Positions 11,754 to 25,345 are shown, counted from the first letter of the stretch. The stretch is DNA of 64,000 nt from Octopus vulgaris (GCA_951406725.2 OX597830.1:7502001-7566000); one strand, 5' to 3'. Made by a program: numbers and translations. The notes: a model not told the origin generated them from the letters alone.

Positions 11754-13031
11754 CGAGGGGCGTTCAATAAGTAATGCCCCTGACCCACTACCCATAGCAG
11801 TAGAGCAACGAAACTTGGCACAGTTATTAGTCTTTTTCTACATAAGAACCACTCAGAGTTACGCATTTCTCCCATCGTTTAATGCAGCTCTGGAGACCGT
11901 TTTTGTAGAAGACCCCAGCTTGGTCCTCCAACCACGACGTGACTTCAGAAATCAAGGCTGCATCATCTGGGAAACGCTTTCCTTTCAAAAACAACTTCAT
12001 GGCTGGGAAGAGGTGAAAATCAGAGGGTGCAAGGTCAGGAGAGTAGGGGGATGGGGGAGGAGTTCATAGCCGCACGCCTGTGCTTCTGATCTGGCGACAC
12101 GCGAGTTGTGGACCGGAGCGTTGTCCTGCAAGAGGAGGATGCCTTTGCTGATCTTGCCCCGCCTCTTGATTTTGATAGCCTCTCTTAATTTCCTCAAAAG
12201 TGAAGCGTAATAGGCTCCTGTAATTGTGGTATCCTTTGCCAGGAAATCTGTCATCACTACTCCGTCCTGGTCCCAGAAGACTGTGAGCATGACCTTGCAC
12301 CGTTGCCTTCTTTGGAGGAGGTGAGTCACGGTGCTTCTACTGCATTGACTGGGCTTTGGTCTCTGGATCATAGTGATGGACCCAGGTTTCATCCTGTGTA
12401 ATCAGTCTTTTGAAAAATTTTGACTCATCTTCTTGGCACATCTCCAAATTCATCCTCGAACACTCGACGCGTTAGTGCTTCTGGAAAGGTGTGAGCAACC
12501 TGAGAATCCATCTGGCAGACACCTTTTACATATGCAAATGGTCATGAATGATAGTTTCCACAGACCCGGTACTAATCTTGACCTCATGGGCTATTTGGCG
12601 AATAGTTATGCGTCGATCTTCCAAAATGGCAGCCTCAACTTGACGGACAGATGCCTCATCAATGGCAGAAGGGGGGCGACCAGACCTGGGAGCTGTTTCC
12701 ACAGAGTTCCGACCATGTTTGAATTCACGATGCCAGTGTTTTACAAGGTCATATGATGGGGCATCATCACCATAAGTTACTTTCATTTCATCAAAAGTCT
12801 CCCGTGGTGTGCGTCATTTCAAATACAAAAACCGGATCACTGCTCGACACTCAACAGGCTCCATTTCACACTTGACTCAGTTCAAACACCTGTAAATCAG
12901 AAACCACAATTAGTTCAGAGCTGTAATTTTCCACTTAATCTATAGAGATATAAATAATTGCACATGCAAACTTTCGGCTAGATCAAACAAATGCAAGTGG
13001 GTCAGAGGCATTACTTATTGAATGCCCCTCG
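11754..13031 (-). mobile_element. Full-length mariner (DD34D) DNA transposon, 1278 bp, inactive
   Basis: TIRs CGAGGGGCGTTCAATAAGTAATGCCCCTGACCCACT and AGTGGGTCAGAGGCATTACTTATTGAATGCCCCTCG; TA target duplication at 11752-11753 and 13032-13033. Confidence 0.95.
11827..12864 (-). pseudogene. Mariner transposase pseudogene (stops and frameshifts)
   Basis: MEPVECRAVIRFL...APRSGRP...KVSARW...ITQDETWVHHYDPETK...KVMLTVFWD...LLLQDNAPVH...HPP-SPDLAPSDFHLF...KRWEKCV; several in-frame stops. Confidence 0.93.
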
Positions 13032-13310
13032 TATCACTTAATCATACCATATCGTCAATAACTATATCGTCCGCTCCGTTTTTGTCATATAATGCTTGTA
13101 TTATAGACAGATAAGATACTTTTGTATCAATTTATGCAATCTGCATTTGCTATACTATTCAAATATTCCTCTTATATGTTTATTATATACGACTTTTCTG
13201 TTTCGTATATCGTAATCGTCCAAAAATTGGGGTGTGAAACTCACAGTGACCACTGGAAATGTCAAGTTTCAGTTTCGAAAATATTTTTCAACAATAATTT
13301 TAGTATTGAA

Positions 13311-13892
13311 AGGCGGCGGGCTGGCAGAAACGTTAGCACGCCGAGCGAAATGCTTAGAGTATTTCGTCTGCCATTACGTTCTGAGTTCAAATCCCGCTGA
13401 GGGCGACTTTGCCTTTCATCTTTTCGGGGTCGATTAAATAAGTACCAGTTACGCACTGGGGTCGATATAATCGACTTAATCCGTTTGTCTGTCCTTGTTT
13501 GTCCTCTCTATGTTTAGCCCCTTGTGGGTAGTAAAGAAATAGGTATTTCGTCTGCCGTTACGTTCTGATTTCAAATTCGCCGAGGTCGACTTTGCCTTTC
13601 ATCCTTTCGGGGTCGATAAATTAAGGACCAGTTATGCACTAGGGTCGTTATAATCGACTTAATCCGCTAGTCTCTCCTTGTTTGTCCTCTCTGTGTTTAG
13701 CCCCTTGTGGGTAGTAAAGAAATAGCTATTTCGTGTGTCTTTACGTTCTGAGTTCAAATTCCGCCAAGGTTGATTTTGCCTTTTATCCTTTCGGTGTCGA
13801 TAAATTAAGTATTAGTTGCGTACTGGGATCGATCTAGTCGACTAGACTCCTCCCCAAAAATGTCGTGCTTTGTGCCTAGAGTAGAAAAGAAT
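13311..13892 (+). mobile_element. SINE family B, trimeric head-to-tail array
   Basis: One head, then three ~183-bp core units; units 1 and 2 end in GCCCCTTGTGGGTAGTAAAGAAATA, unit 3 ends in GTGCCTAGAGTAGAAAAG. Confidence 0.85.
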
Positions 13893-14371
13893 AATTGTAG
13901 TATTGAGTACTTTCTATCCGTCCACTTTGCCACATCCAACCGCGGACACATATATACGGAAACACACATACATGTGACAAAGCTAGGCCAATCATGCACC
14001 GCTTGGATTCATAAAGCCGGATCTTAACGCAATTTCCATGATCTATAATTGTCTGTGATTACAACATTCACCCTGAAAGTCTACCAAATCCATTCACAAG
14101 ACTTTGGTTGTGTCGAGGCTATAGTTGAAGACACTTGACCAAGGTAATACGCTATGGGACTGAACCTGTTCCACAGGTAAGGCTTCTTAAAACATATGAA
14201 TAAAATTTGCATCATTATGTTAATGATGTTGATGATGTATTTGATTAACTCTCATAATTGAGGTAGATTTCAAAACAATATCACTCAAACATGTTTCAGA
14301 GAAAAAGAGAGAGAGAGGGGGGAAAGTGAGAGAGAGAGGTAGCTTAGGTACGGAGGCAGCTAGCTAGCTAG

Positions 14372-14481
<110 letters not shown>

Positions 14482-14487
14482 CGATAA

Positions 14488-14554
<67 letters not shown>

Positions 14555-14555
<1 letters not shown>

Positions 14556-15147
14556 CTTTCTTTTATTAGCCACACAGGGCTGAATACAGAGGGGACAAAT
14601 ACAAATGCAGAGCTTTTCTTTTCGAGGGTGGAAAAAAAGAAAAAAAATGTAAGATTGCGATCAAAAGAGATCGAGAGGAGGAAAAAAAAGGGAAAAAAAA
14701 AAGGAAATCGTGTATCACAGAAATAATGATGTAAACATTGATATAACAAGATTGGGTTCATCCGTGGGAAGAAAAGCCTACAGAAAAGACCACGGGAACC
14801 CCAGTCAGGGAGGAAATAACCACATGAGATCAAAAATGCTCTCTTTCTTTCTTTTTTACGATCTACAGGATCATGCTCAAAATGGTTTCGTTACTAGCAC
14901 GCACCATCTTTGCAACATTCACCCATCTTTTTTTGAATCTTTCGCGAGACAAAACTTCCCTCTCCATTCTCACCTTCCTTTTCAAGTGGTACTTGAAAAA
15001 GTTGATGAGCGATTGGCCAGAGAGGTAAGTGTTTGTCTCTAATCCTTTCGCTCGAGTCCACCACACACATTTTTTCACCATGGCCACCAGTACGATGAAA
15101 ACTGCCTTGCCTTCCCGGTTGAGGGAAGGGGGCGGAGCAATTCTCAC

Positions 15148-15148
<1 letters not shown>
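14555..15148 (-). mobile_element. 5'-truncated Tx1/L1-clade LINE (ORF2 C-terminus plus 3' UTR) inside (TAGA)n
   Basis: 14863-15147 encodes [10 protein letters not shown]...[17 protein letters not shown]...[35 protein letters not shown] (Tx1-like C-terminus); (GATA)n on both sides. Confidence 0.7.
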
Positions 15149-15209
<61 letters not shown>

Positions 15210-15214
15210 CAGAC

Positions 15215-15300
<86 letters not shown>

Positions 15301-15399
15301 ATATATTTCTTTATTAGCCACACAGGGCTGAACACAGAGGGGACAAATTACAAAGTAGAACCTTTCTTTTTGGGAGAGAAAAAATAAAAAATAAGAAAA

Positions 15400-15400
<1 letters not shown>
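15301..15400 (-). mobile_element. Second, 100-bp 3'-end copy of the same Tx1-like LINE in (TAGA)n
   Basis: TTTCTTTATTAGCCACACAGGGCTGAACACAGAGGGGACAAAT nearly identical to 14557-14602; (GATA)n on both sides. Confidence 0.75.
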
Positions 15401-15461
<61 letters not shown>

Positions 15462-16119
15462 TGATAAGAATATGAATGCATATAGCTATACATACACTCG
15501 CACATATGAATAAATAAAATTGATATTTATAAGTTAAATTTAATAATAAAGCATTTCTTTTCGTTTGTTCTAAATATAAATATATAGGTGGCGCTGGTAT
15601 CGAAGAATGGAAAGAAACAAGTCGAAAATCGGACGAAACACTGGCGACAATCTCTACTATGTTTGGTGTTCATTTTTCTGAAGGACCCCTGTTCGAAATG
15701 GAATGAAGCATTTAGCACTTCGCCACGAACCCACGAAACCACTCCCTTCTCTTCCGTTTACATTAAACAACAATAATACTCGAAAATAGATCTGACAAGT
15801 AACTGCCACCTCACCAACTATAGTCTTTTCAACGAAGCACTCCTATTTCACTCACGCGTACAATAACATTTATGGATACAACAAAGGCACACACACACAC
15901 ATAGACGTACACATACCCACACACACCCACACATACGGAGACAGACGCATATGCATACATACACACACAGATACACATTATATGACTACATGAGTAACAC
16001 ACGACGCAGGCAAAAACATAATACATACACACTCCCACTTTCCTCTTTTCCTCCATTGCATCTGAGACACCCACCTACACATGCGCACCTCTCCTTTCTA
16101 TTTCCGTTCTCATTCATCC

Positions 16120-16162
<43 letters not shown>

Positions 16163-16476
16163 CTCCCGCTAAAATGCCTTACCACAAAATCTAAACTTGT
16201 TAAAGATTCTTCCTTTCATTTTCGATTCTATTTATAATTATTTTTTATATTTTCATTTTACCTAGCATAAACATGTTCTCTGAGTTTCTTTCAAGCAGGG
16301 TACAGGATCGAATCGTCGTAATTCTGGGCATGCAGGAAGAATTATATATATCTATATCGCGAGACAAACTTCAAGTTCCAGCTTCGGTAAAATACCATAT
16401 ACCTATATTATGTGTTTAGTACACTTCACCCACTCGCCTGACATAAATCAAATGATGTTTAATACATTAAATGTAA

Positions 16477-16512
<36 letters not shown>

Positions 16513-16515
<3 letters not shown>

Positions 16516-17875
16516 CTTTTGATAAAGTCGACCACGGTATGATCTGTCACAAACTGCGTGGTCTCGGCATAGGCGGAAAACTTGGAGAGTGGCTGCACAA
16601 CTTCCTAAAAGATAGAAGGAAGGCAGTTGTGACCAATGGAGCCACCTCCAAGGAAACACAAATAACAAGCGGTGTTCCATAGGGCACTGTCTTGGGGCCA
16701 CTGCTGTTCATAGTGGCCCTTTCAGACATGCCCTCAGTTGCTAAGGTGGCCAGCCTTGCTAGCTATGCAGATGACACAAAAGTCTTCCACACAATACAAA
16801 ACCCTGGAAATATTGCACATCTGCAACAGGAGTTGGATACAATATACAGGTGGGCCGAGGACAACAAAATGCAGTTTAATGCAGGTAAGTTCCAGGCCCT
16901 GCGCTACCGGCACACAAAGGTAAACGACGTGTAGACTGGATACACTGGCCCAGGAAGAATTACAATCCCTGAGTCAAAATCAGTGCGTGACCTGGGCATT
17001 GACATGAGCAATGATGCATCTTTCCAAGTGCATATTACTAATTTGGTAATAAAATGCAGACGGCTAGCTGGATGGATTCTCCGAAATTTCAGAACAAGGG
17101 AGAAGGAGACACTGATGGTCCTGTGGAAAACTTTCGTCCTCAGCCGCTTGGACTACTGCTCCCAACTATGGTCACCACACAATATAAAGCTAACAGCAGA
17201 ACTACTGGGAAATACTGAAAGTATTAAATCTCTTCTCCCTAGAGCAAAGGCGAGAGAGATATGCGGTGATATACATCTGGAAAATCCTGGAGGATCTTGT
17301 CCCAAACTATGGCATTCAAAGTTACCCCAACCGCAGAACGGGGCGCCACTGCATGGTGCCAAAGATTCCAACATCACCATCACAATACGGGACCATTACC
17401 TTAGAAACTAAGCCACGCGCCTTCACGCAAGTCGTAAGTATATATTTATGTGTATATATATATATATATATAAAAATCCTTAAATCCTTAAAAATGTTTC
17501 AGCCCGAAGGCTGCGGCCATGCTGGGGCACCACCGCTGAATGAGCTACACTAATATGTGGATCCATTTCTGATACGTGGCACTTGGGTTTCAGAGGACCA
17601 CAGCTTTTCAACATCCTCGCTAAATGCCTGAGAGACTTGCATGGTGTGAATGTGGGTTTCTTTAAAACTAAACTGGATCTCTTCTTGTCGGGGGTCCCAG
17701 ATGAACCTACTTCACGACAGGAGACACATATGCGGGCAGCGGCATCGAACTCCTTTGTTTACCAAGCGCCACGTATCAGAAATGGATTCACATATTAGTG
17801 TAGCTCATTCAGCGGTGGTGCCCCAGCATGGCCGCAGCCTTCGGGCTGAAACATTTTTAAGGATTTAAGGATTTA
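16513..17875 (+). mobile_element. 5'-truncated CR1-group LINE (RT domain, C-terminus, 3' UTR) inside (TA)n; disrupted
   Basis: AFDKVDH...SGVP*GTVLGPLLF...YADDTK...RDLG...LSRLDYCSQLWSP...LGFRGPQLFN; 3' hairpin CAGCC-TTCG-GGCTG and tail TTTAAGGATTTAAGGATTTA. Confidence 0.9.
17404..17586 (-). repeat. Inverted copy of 17762-18106 inserted in the CR1 ORF
   Basis: Reverse complement reproduces the CR1 3' UTR, a shorter (TA)n and the downstream flank TACGACTTGCGTGAAGGCGCGTGGCTTAGTTTC. Confidence 0.9.
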
Positions 17876-18007
17876 TATATGTATATATATATATATATAT
17901 GCTTATATATATATGTATATATATATATATGCTTATATATATATGTATATATATATATATATGCTTATATATATATATATATAAAGATATATGCTTATAT
18001 ATATATG

Positions 18008-18060
<53 letters not shown>

Positions 18061-18085
18061 TCACATAAATACATACGACTTGCGT

Positions 18086-18330
18086 GAAGGCGCGTGGCTT
18101 AGTTTCACGATCACAAGGTCCTGAGTTCGATTCCCGGGGGTGGGGTGTTGAGTCCTTGAGCAAGGTACTTTATTTCGCGTTGCTTCAGTGAACTCATCTG
18201 GCAGAAATGAGTAGCCTTGCCCCGTTCTGTGTCACGCTGGATATCCCTGAGAACAATGTTAAACATACAGGTGTCAGACACTTACACCTTAAATCCACGA
18301 GCAGGTGTTCTGTTTATGCTAAAGTGGTGG
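18086..18330 (+). mobile_element. tRNA/CORE-like SINE family D (related degenerate copies at ~47050-47190 and ~56825-57000)
   Basis: GGCGCGTGGCTTAG head, GAGTTCGATTCCC B-box, GTCCTTGAGCAAGGTACTTTA CORE-like block. Confidence 0.6.
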
Positions 18331-18355
18331 TCTGTTCATCAATATTTTGTTTATA

Positions 18356-18550
18356 GGCGTAGGAGTGACTGTGTGGTAAGTAGCTTGCTTACCAACCACA
18401 TGGTTCTGGGTTCAGTCCCACTGCGTGGCACCTTGGGCAAGTGTCTTCTACTATAGCCTCGGGTCAACCAAAGCCTTGTGAGTGGATTTGGTAGACGGAA
18501 ACTGAAAGAAGCCCGTCGTATATATATGTATATATGTATATAAATATATC

Positions 18551-18581
<31 letters not shown>

Positions 18582-18768
18582 TTGTGTGTCTGTGTTTGCC
18601 CCCCCCCAGTATTGCTTGACAATCTCCGTAACTTAGCGGTTCGGTAAAAGAGACCGATAGAATATGTACTAGGCTTACAAAGAATAAGTCCTGGGGTCGA
18701 TTTGCTCGACTAAAGGCGGTGCTCCAGCATGGCCAGTCACATGACTGAAACAAGTAAAAGAGTAAAAG
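18356..18768 (+). mobile_element. SINE family A, full length
   Basis: GGCGTAGGAGTGACTGTGTGGTAAG head through GGCGGTGCTCCAGCATGGCCAGTCACATGACTGAAACAAGTAAAAGAGTAAAAG tail. Confidence 0.88.
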
Positions 18769-19046
18769 CGGTGAAGTTTTGTGTTCCGACCATCCTCGAA
18801 TTGATTTAACGTTTTATAACTCCAGAGAGAATGAAATAATACCACCCATTTATTGCAGTCTCGACATCTTTGACAGAAATTTTTGCAGCATTGGACAAAA
18901 TACATCATGGCATTTTTTTCAAACTCTGTTTCTTCGCGGCCAGTAAGAGATCGTATTATATATGTACAAGTAACCATGAATTAAAATACTAGTCAGCTAC
19001 TGTAACATTCCTTATAAATTACTGCGCTTGTGCTTAAATCGGAAGC

Positions 19047-19122
<76 letters not shown>

Positions 19123-19147
19123 GTTATTATTTTTATTATTATTGTTA

Positions 19148-19239
<92 letters not shown>

Positions 19240-19279
19240 ATTATTATTATCATTATCATCATTATCATCATCATCATTC

Positions 19280-19520
19280 AGTAGCCTTCTTTTTATCACG
19301 TGCTTTCACTTCACTACCGAGCGCAGCTCTGTGTGCCTTAGGTATGTGCTGTGATTTGTTGTGATGTTCTGATGGTTATTGTATGGAAAGTGTTCTGCGT
19401 AGGATGTGTGCAGTGCCTAGTAGTGCAATTTTCTGTATGTTATATGTGTTTGTAAGTCCTGGTGTTTTTGTTATGTATTTGTCTGAATATTTTTTTATCA
19501 TGCCTAATGCACCTACTATG
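19280..19520 (-). mobile_element. R4/Dong-like non-LTR retrotransposon 3' end within (TAA)n
   Basis: 19376-19519 encodes IVGALGMIKKYSDKYITKTPGLTNTYNIQKIALLGTAHILRRTLSIQ*; (ATT)n arrays on both sides. Confidence 0.8.
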
Positions 19521-19588
19521 TGTTGTTATTATTATTATTATTTTTATTATTATTATTGTTATTATTATTATCATTATTATTATTGTTA

Positions 19589-19656
<68 letters not shown>

Positions 19657-19801
19657 ATTATTATTATTCAAGCGGCGAGCTGGCAGAATCGTTAGCATGC
19701 CAGGTAAAATACTTAGCGGCATTTCGTCCGTCACTATCCACTGTGTTGAAGTGGAAATAAATAATCTTACCACTCAGTATTAATACGACCTTTGACGCTA
19801 A

Positions 19802-19860
<59 letters not shown>

Positions 19861-19950
19861 ACGAATATCTTTGTGTTGCGTATATGTATTTATGTATGTG
19901 TATCGTAATATTTACCTCTCAGTTTACCCATCTATGGATAGATTGGTATG

Positions 19951-20039
<89 letters not shown>

Positions 20040-20616
20040 CGATCGATCGATCGATTGATTGATAGATATTAGAATCTTCAAAATAGGCGCATGGATTTTA
20101 AGAGTCTCAGCTTGCAATAAAAACTATTTTTTCACTCCTCAGTAGCTTTTCGCCTCGATCGCAATCAAATGGTGTTTACACACACACACACATTCACTCA
20201 TATGACGACTCTCATACACACACACACACACATATATAAACACCAGAAATGTTTAAGACAATTTCATTCCTCCATCAAACATTCTATAAAGAAAATATAA
20301 CTTAAATCGTCTTTTATGTTCCTTTTCTGTTTTCTTTTCCGACATCTTTTTTTCTTTTAATATTTGAATTCACAAAAAAATAAAAGTGGGGGGAGCTATA
20401 TTTCTGGACCCTATAATTTGCATTATTGTCTGACTACGTTCACAGGGTTTAAAGAAAAAAAAATTATTCCGGATCTCCCCCTCCTCTTTTTTTGAAAAAA
20501 TTTGTTAATCCCATTAATTTTTCAAGCTGATCATATTCTTTTCTGACGACGTTCTTCGCCTTTCAATTCAAACACAACTAACAACTCCTTTCTTTTAAAC
20601 TTAAAATAATGATAAA

Positions 20617-20719
<103 letters not shown>

Positions 20720-20792
20720 GCAATAAATAACAACAACGACAACAGTAACAATATGAAGAACCTTAGTTATATGCCATTTCTTCTTCTTCGTC

Positions 20793-20824
<32 letters not shown>

Positions 20825-20952
20825 CTTCTTCTTCTTCTTCTTCTTCTTCTTCTTCTTCTTCTTCTTCTTCTTCTTCTTCTTCTTCTTCTTCTTCTAGTAT
20901 CTTACTTTCCTGCGATATGTTTTCATCTTCCAAACGGTAAAAGTCACCCCCC

Positions 20953-20988
<36 letters not shown>

Positions 20989-21045
20989 TATCATCATCAT
21001 CATCATCATCATCAGCATCGTCGTCGTCATCAGCGTCGTCATCAG

Positions 21046-21082
<37 letters not shown>

Positions 21083-21142
21083 TTCGTCATCGTCATTATC
21101 ACCATCGGCACTCCCGTCATCAACGTCATTTTCGTTGATGTC

Positions 21143-21174
<32 letters not shown>

Positions 21175-22013
21175 CTTCACCACCATCATTACCATCATCA
21201 CCATCATCATCATCATCAACGTCAGTAATTATAACATTCACTAAACTTTCGTCTTCCTCCTTCTTCTCCTCTTCTTCCTCCTTGCTTGGTTCTTTCCTTC
21301 TTCTGCTGTTTAACGTCCATTACAATTTATTTAACAAGTTCTTCTTTCCTTCCAACGACATCAAATATTTCTTAACTTGTCTTCAAACTAGCTTTTTTCT
21401 CAACCCTATATATTATTACTCTATCACAATCCTCTTTCTTACAATTTTCTCAATTTCCCTCTATTATTTTCCCTCTTTTTCTCTCCGCACACACACACTC
21501 TTTCTCTCTCGCTCTCGCTCTCTCTCTCACTCTCTCTCTCGCTCTCTCTTTCGCTCTCTTTCTCCCTTTCCCTAGCGTCTCATTTGTGGAGAGCAGATTC
21601 CTGTCCTTCGAGATGCAAGAACGATGCTTACACCAAATATCTCAACTTCTCAATTAGGTTGGAACAAAAGTGTGTACGTTCCTTTTAACACGGTACGCCT
21701 CAACAGGAGTCTGTCTCGCACAGAACACCGCAGCTACAATCGTTCAACAACATACAATATACACTTTTGTAAACGTTTTTAATTTGGAGCCGCTTCTAAA
21801 AAAATATTTCAATTTTGTACTAGTTGTGCGGCGCTTTTTCACATCAGCAAATAGATTTTACATGCTTTGTGTATACTTCTAGCACTTCTAGCCAGCAAGT
21901 CCGAACGCGCTTCGGAAGCAGGGCAAATATACTTATATATATATATATATGTGTGTGTGAGTATATATATATATATATATATCACACTTACACACAATAT
22001 ATATATATATTTA

Positions 22014-22058
<45 letters not shown>

Positions 22059-22238
22059 GTATGTATGTATATATATACATACATATGTATATTATAAAAA
22101 CATGCATATGAGTATGTTTTGCAAGGATATATGTATATTTACATATGTATATATATATATACATAGAGTATATATATGTATATATGTATACATATATATA
22201 TTTATATGTGTGTATATATATGTATAGATATATATATG

Positions 22239-22286
<48 letters not shown>

Positions 22287-22564
22287 CATATATATATACA
22301 TCCCAATCATGTTTATTATCTTGCCAGATCTTCCAAACAATAGTATCAATAATGTAATATGCAATAATATAATATATAGCAAATAATATGATATACGATA
22401 TAATATAATATAGAAACATCTCTGCTTTTTCTTCATATCATCCGTTCTCTGTCGAGATGTGAAGCTGTGGCTGTCATTAATGTGGCTGTCAGTCTATGCA
22501 ATACGTGTGACATATTTATACAGTCAAACAGCTTGTACAACCACACCCCTCATCATCATTATCC

Positions 22565-22597
<33 letters not shown>

Positions 22598-23055
22598 AGA
22601 ACAACAACAACAGGTCCAATATGAAAAGAGAAACATCGGCGTACAAAAAATACAAGAAAGTTCTCTAAACAAAAAATACCTTTTCAAAATGGCGGCGGTA
22701 CTATATCGAAGAAGATGTTCTGTTAACTGTCACTTCTAACTGGCCCTTGTCAGTAATGTCCACTTTATTATACAGCTGTCCCCTTTTTCATATTCTTCTC
22801 AATGGTTATTCCTGGCGCAGTTTCGCTTCCATATTCTGCTTCTAATGTTTTTCATTTTATTTGTGACATTTTTCGCTATTTTTCTTCCTTTTTTTAATAA
22901 TTTATTTGTACCTGTTTTTGGTTTTAGGTTTTGTTAACTTCTTGTTTTCTTAGCGTTGATGTTGTTGTTGCTGCTCGTTTTCTTCTTTTCCCCTTCTTCT
23001 TCATCTCATTCTTGTTGTTGATAATATTGATTTTGTTATGATCACTATTACTATT

Positions 23056-23313
<258 letters not shown>

Positions 23314-23766
23314 ATCAGCAGCGTTGATTTTGCATGTTTGTTTTGCTTCTTGGTAATGTCACTTTTGGTAATGATGATGCTGATGATGATGATGATGAAG
23401 AAGGCGGGGGAGGAGGAGGAGGAGGAGGAGAAGAAGAAGAAGAAGAAGAAGAAGAAGAAGAAGAGCAACAACAACAGCAACAATATGGCGATGTTTTTCC
23501 TGATGTCAATGACATTATGGTATCGATGGTTGTGCTGGTGGTGGTGGTAGTGCTTTTACTGCTGCTGCTGAATGTGCTGCTGGTGGTGCATCCTTCTCGT
23601 TTATGCTGTTATAGCCAGTAATTTATGTTGTGAACGCAAACATTGCTCCGTGTATTTCTGGTGTCTATCAAGAATGAAATCTGTCTCATTCAGTTCGACA
23701 GTGTGTATATGCTTATATGGTTAGCTCTCTATTTAGCTATCGATCTATCAATCTATCAATCTATCA

Positions 23767-23829
<63 letters not shown>

Positions 23830-23915
23830 GGTCTGTCTCTATATATCAATCTATCTATCTATCTTTGTATCTGTCTGTCTGTCTCTATCTATCTATCGAT
23901 CGATCGATCTATCTA

Positions 23916-23995
<80 letters not shown>

Positions 23996-24054
23996 TCTGT
24001 CTATCTATCTGTCTGTTTTTCAATCTATCAATCTATTTCTCTCTTTCTCTCTCT

Positions 24055-24144
<90 letters not shown>

Positions 24145-24538
24145 ACACACACGCATAGTTCGGTGAAATTGTGAAATACCAAAATATTTCACTGTAGTAA
24201 GCTGCTATTGCAAAACAAATGTTTTTACATTCATCAAAGGAACAACAATAACAGTGACAAGAGGATGGCAGTTTTACCTGGAAACTATTTAATATGTGTA
24301 TGTTTGATCGTTTCTTATTAATAATACTAACGTTTAAGCAAATCTAATCATTGATTTCATATATTAAAAGACCACACTGTCGGCTTTTGAAACAAGCGTC
24401 CATCGTTTAAATGAACTTATAGTGCAAGGTCATCACTTTACTTATTACGGTAATGGCAAATTATATTTTGTTATGGTCTTTCTAAAGTTAATTAAGCAGG
24501 TGTTTCTATTAATTAAACAGGTATTTTCATTTTAATTG

Positions 24539-24690
24539 CCGTATTTTCCCGTGTATAAGCCGCACCATTTTGTAATTGATTTTAACTGAAAAAAAAAACT
24601 GGGCTGTAACGGGGCAATGATAAAACTGAGAAATGTTGTAACTAGACATATTGCTACACTGAGATGCGGCTTATACACGAGTATATACGG
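24539..24690. mobile_element. Tc2/pogo-type MITE (~150 bp)
   Basis: TIRs CCGTATTTTCCCGTGTATAAGCCGCACC and GATGCGGCTTATACACGAGTATATACGG; TA after the right end, TG before the left. Confidence 0.7.
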
Positions 24691-25105
24691 TAGGCCTCAT
24701 ATACCTCCACAAGGATGTTGATGCGTTATAAATTATTGATGAATTGCATCTAGCCGAAAAGATAATTTCTAGTAATAACCAAATTTTATATTTTAATAGA
24801 TATAGCAGTATTTTTATTTTGGAAATTTTCAGCCTCATTTTCACATGATGCGGTCAACCCGAATCAGAGAGGAAGAATATATTAGCCGAAAAATACTTTC
24901 CTGAGATGTTCTTCCCGCTCTGAATACTAGCCTAATAGAAAACTCCAATGTTCCATGAAACTTTGCCAGAAACACCTCAACAAGAAAATTTTAACGTTGA
25001 CGATGACAATAAAGTTCGCGTCTTAAAGGAAATTTAGTAGTGCGTAATATTGAATTGCTATCTACAGCAAAAAAATGCAATTTTTGCTAATAAAAATAAG
25101 CTAGA

Positions 25106-25345
25106 GGCGCGGGCGTGGCTACGTGGTTCCGGGTTCAGTCCCACTGCGTGGCACGATGAGCAAGAGTCTTCTAACATTGTCTCAGTTTGACCAAAGACTT
25201 CTGTGTGGATTTGGTGGAGGGAAACTAAAAGAAGCTCGACGCATATGTGTGTGTGTGTGTTTGTATTTATGTGTGTATGTGTTTGTGTGGGTATGTGTGT
25301 GTGTGTCCGTGTTTGTTTGCCCCCCACAATTTGAGAACCGATGTT
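25106..25345 (+). mobile_element. Degenerate SINE family A
   Basis: GGTTCCGGGTTCAGTCCCACTGCGTGGCAC...GTGGATTTGGTGGAGGGAAACT, (TG)n, TTTGCCCCCCAC. Confidence 0.7.

Noticed and set aside
13311-13892. Regularly spaced repeats suggestive of a CRISPR-like array
   Set aside because: Units are ~183-bp SINE bodies without unique spacers; eukaryotic context, no cas genes
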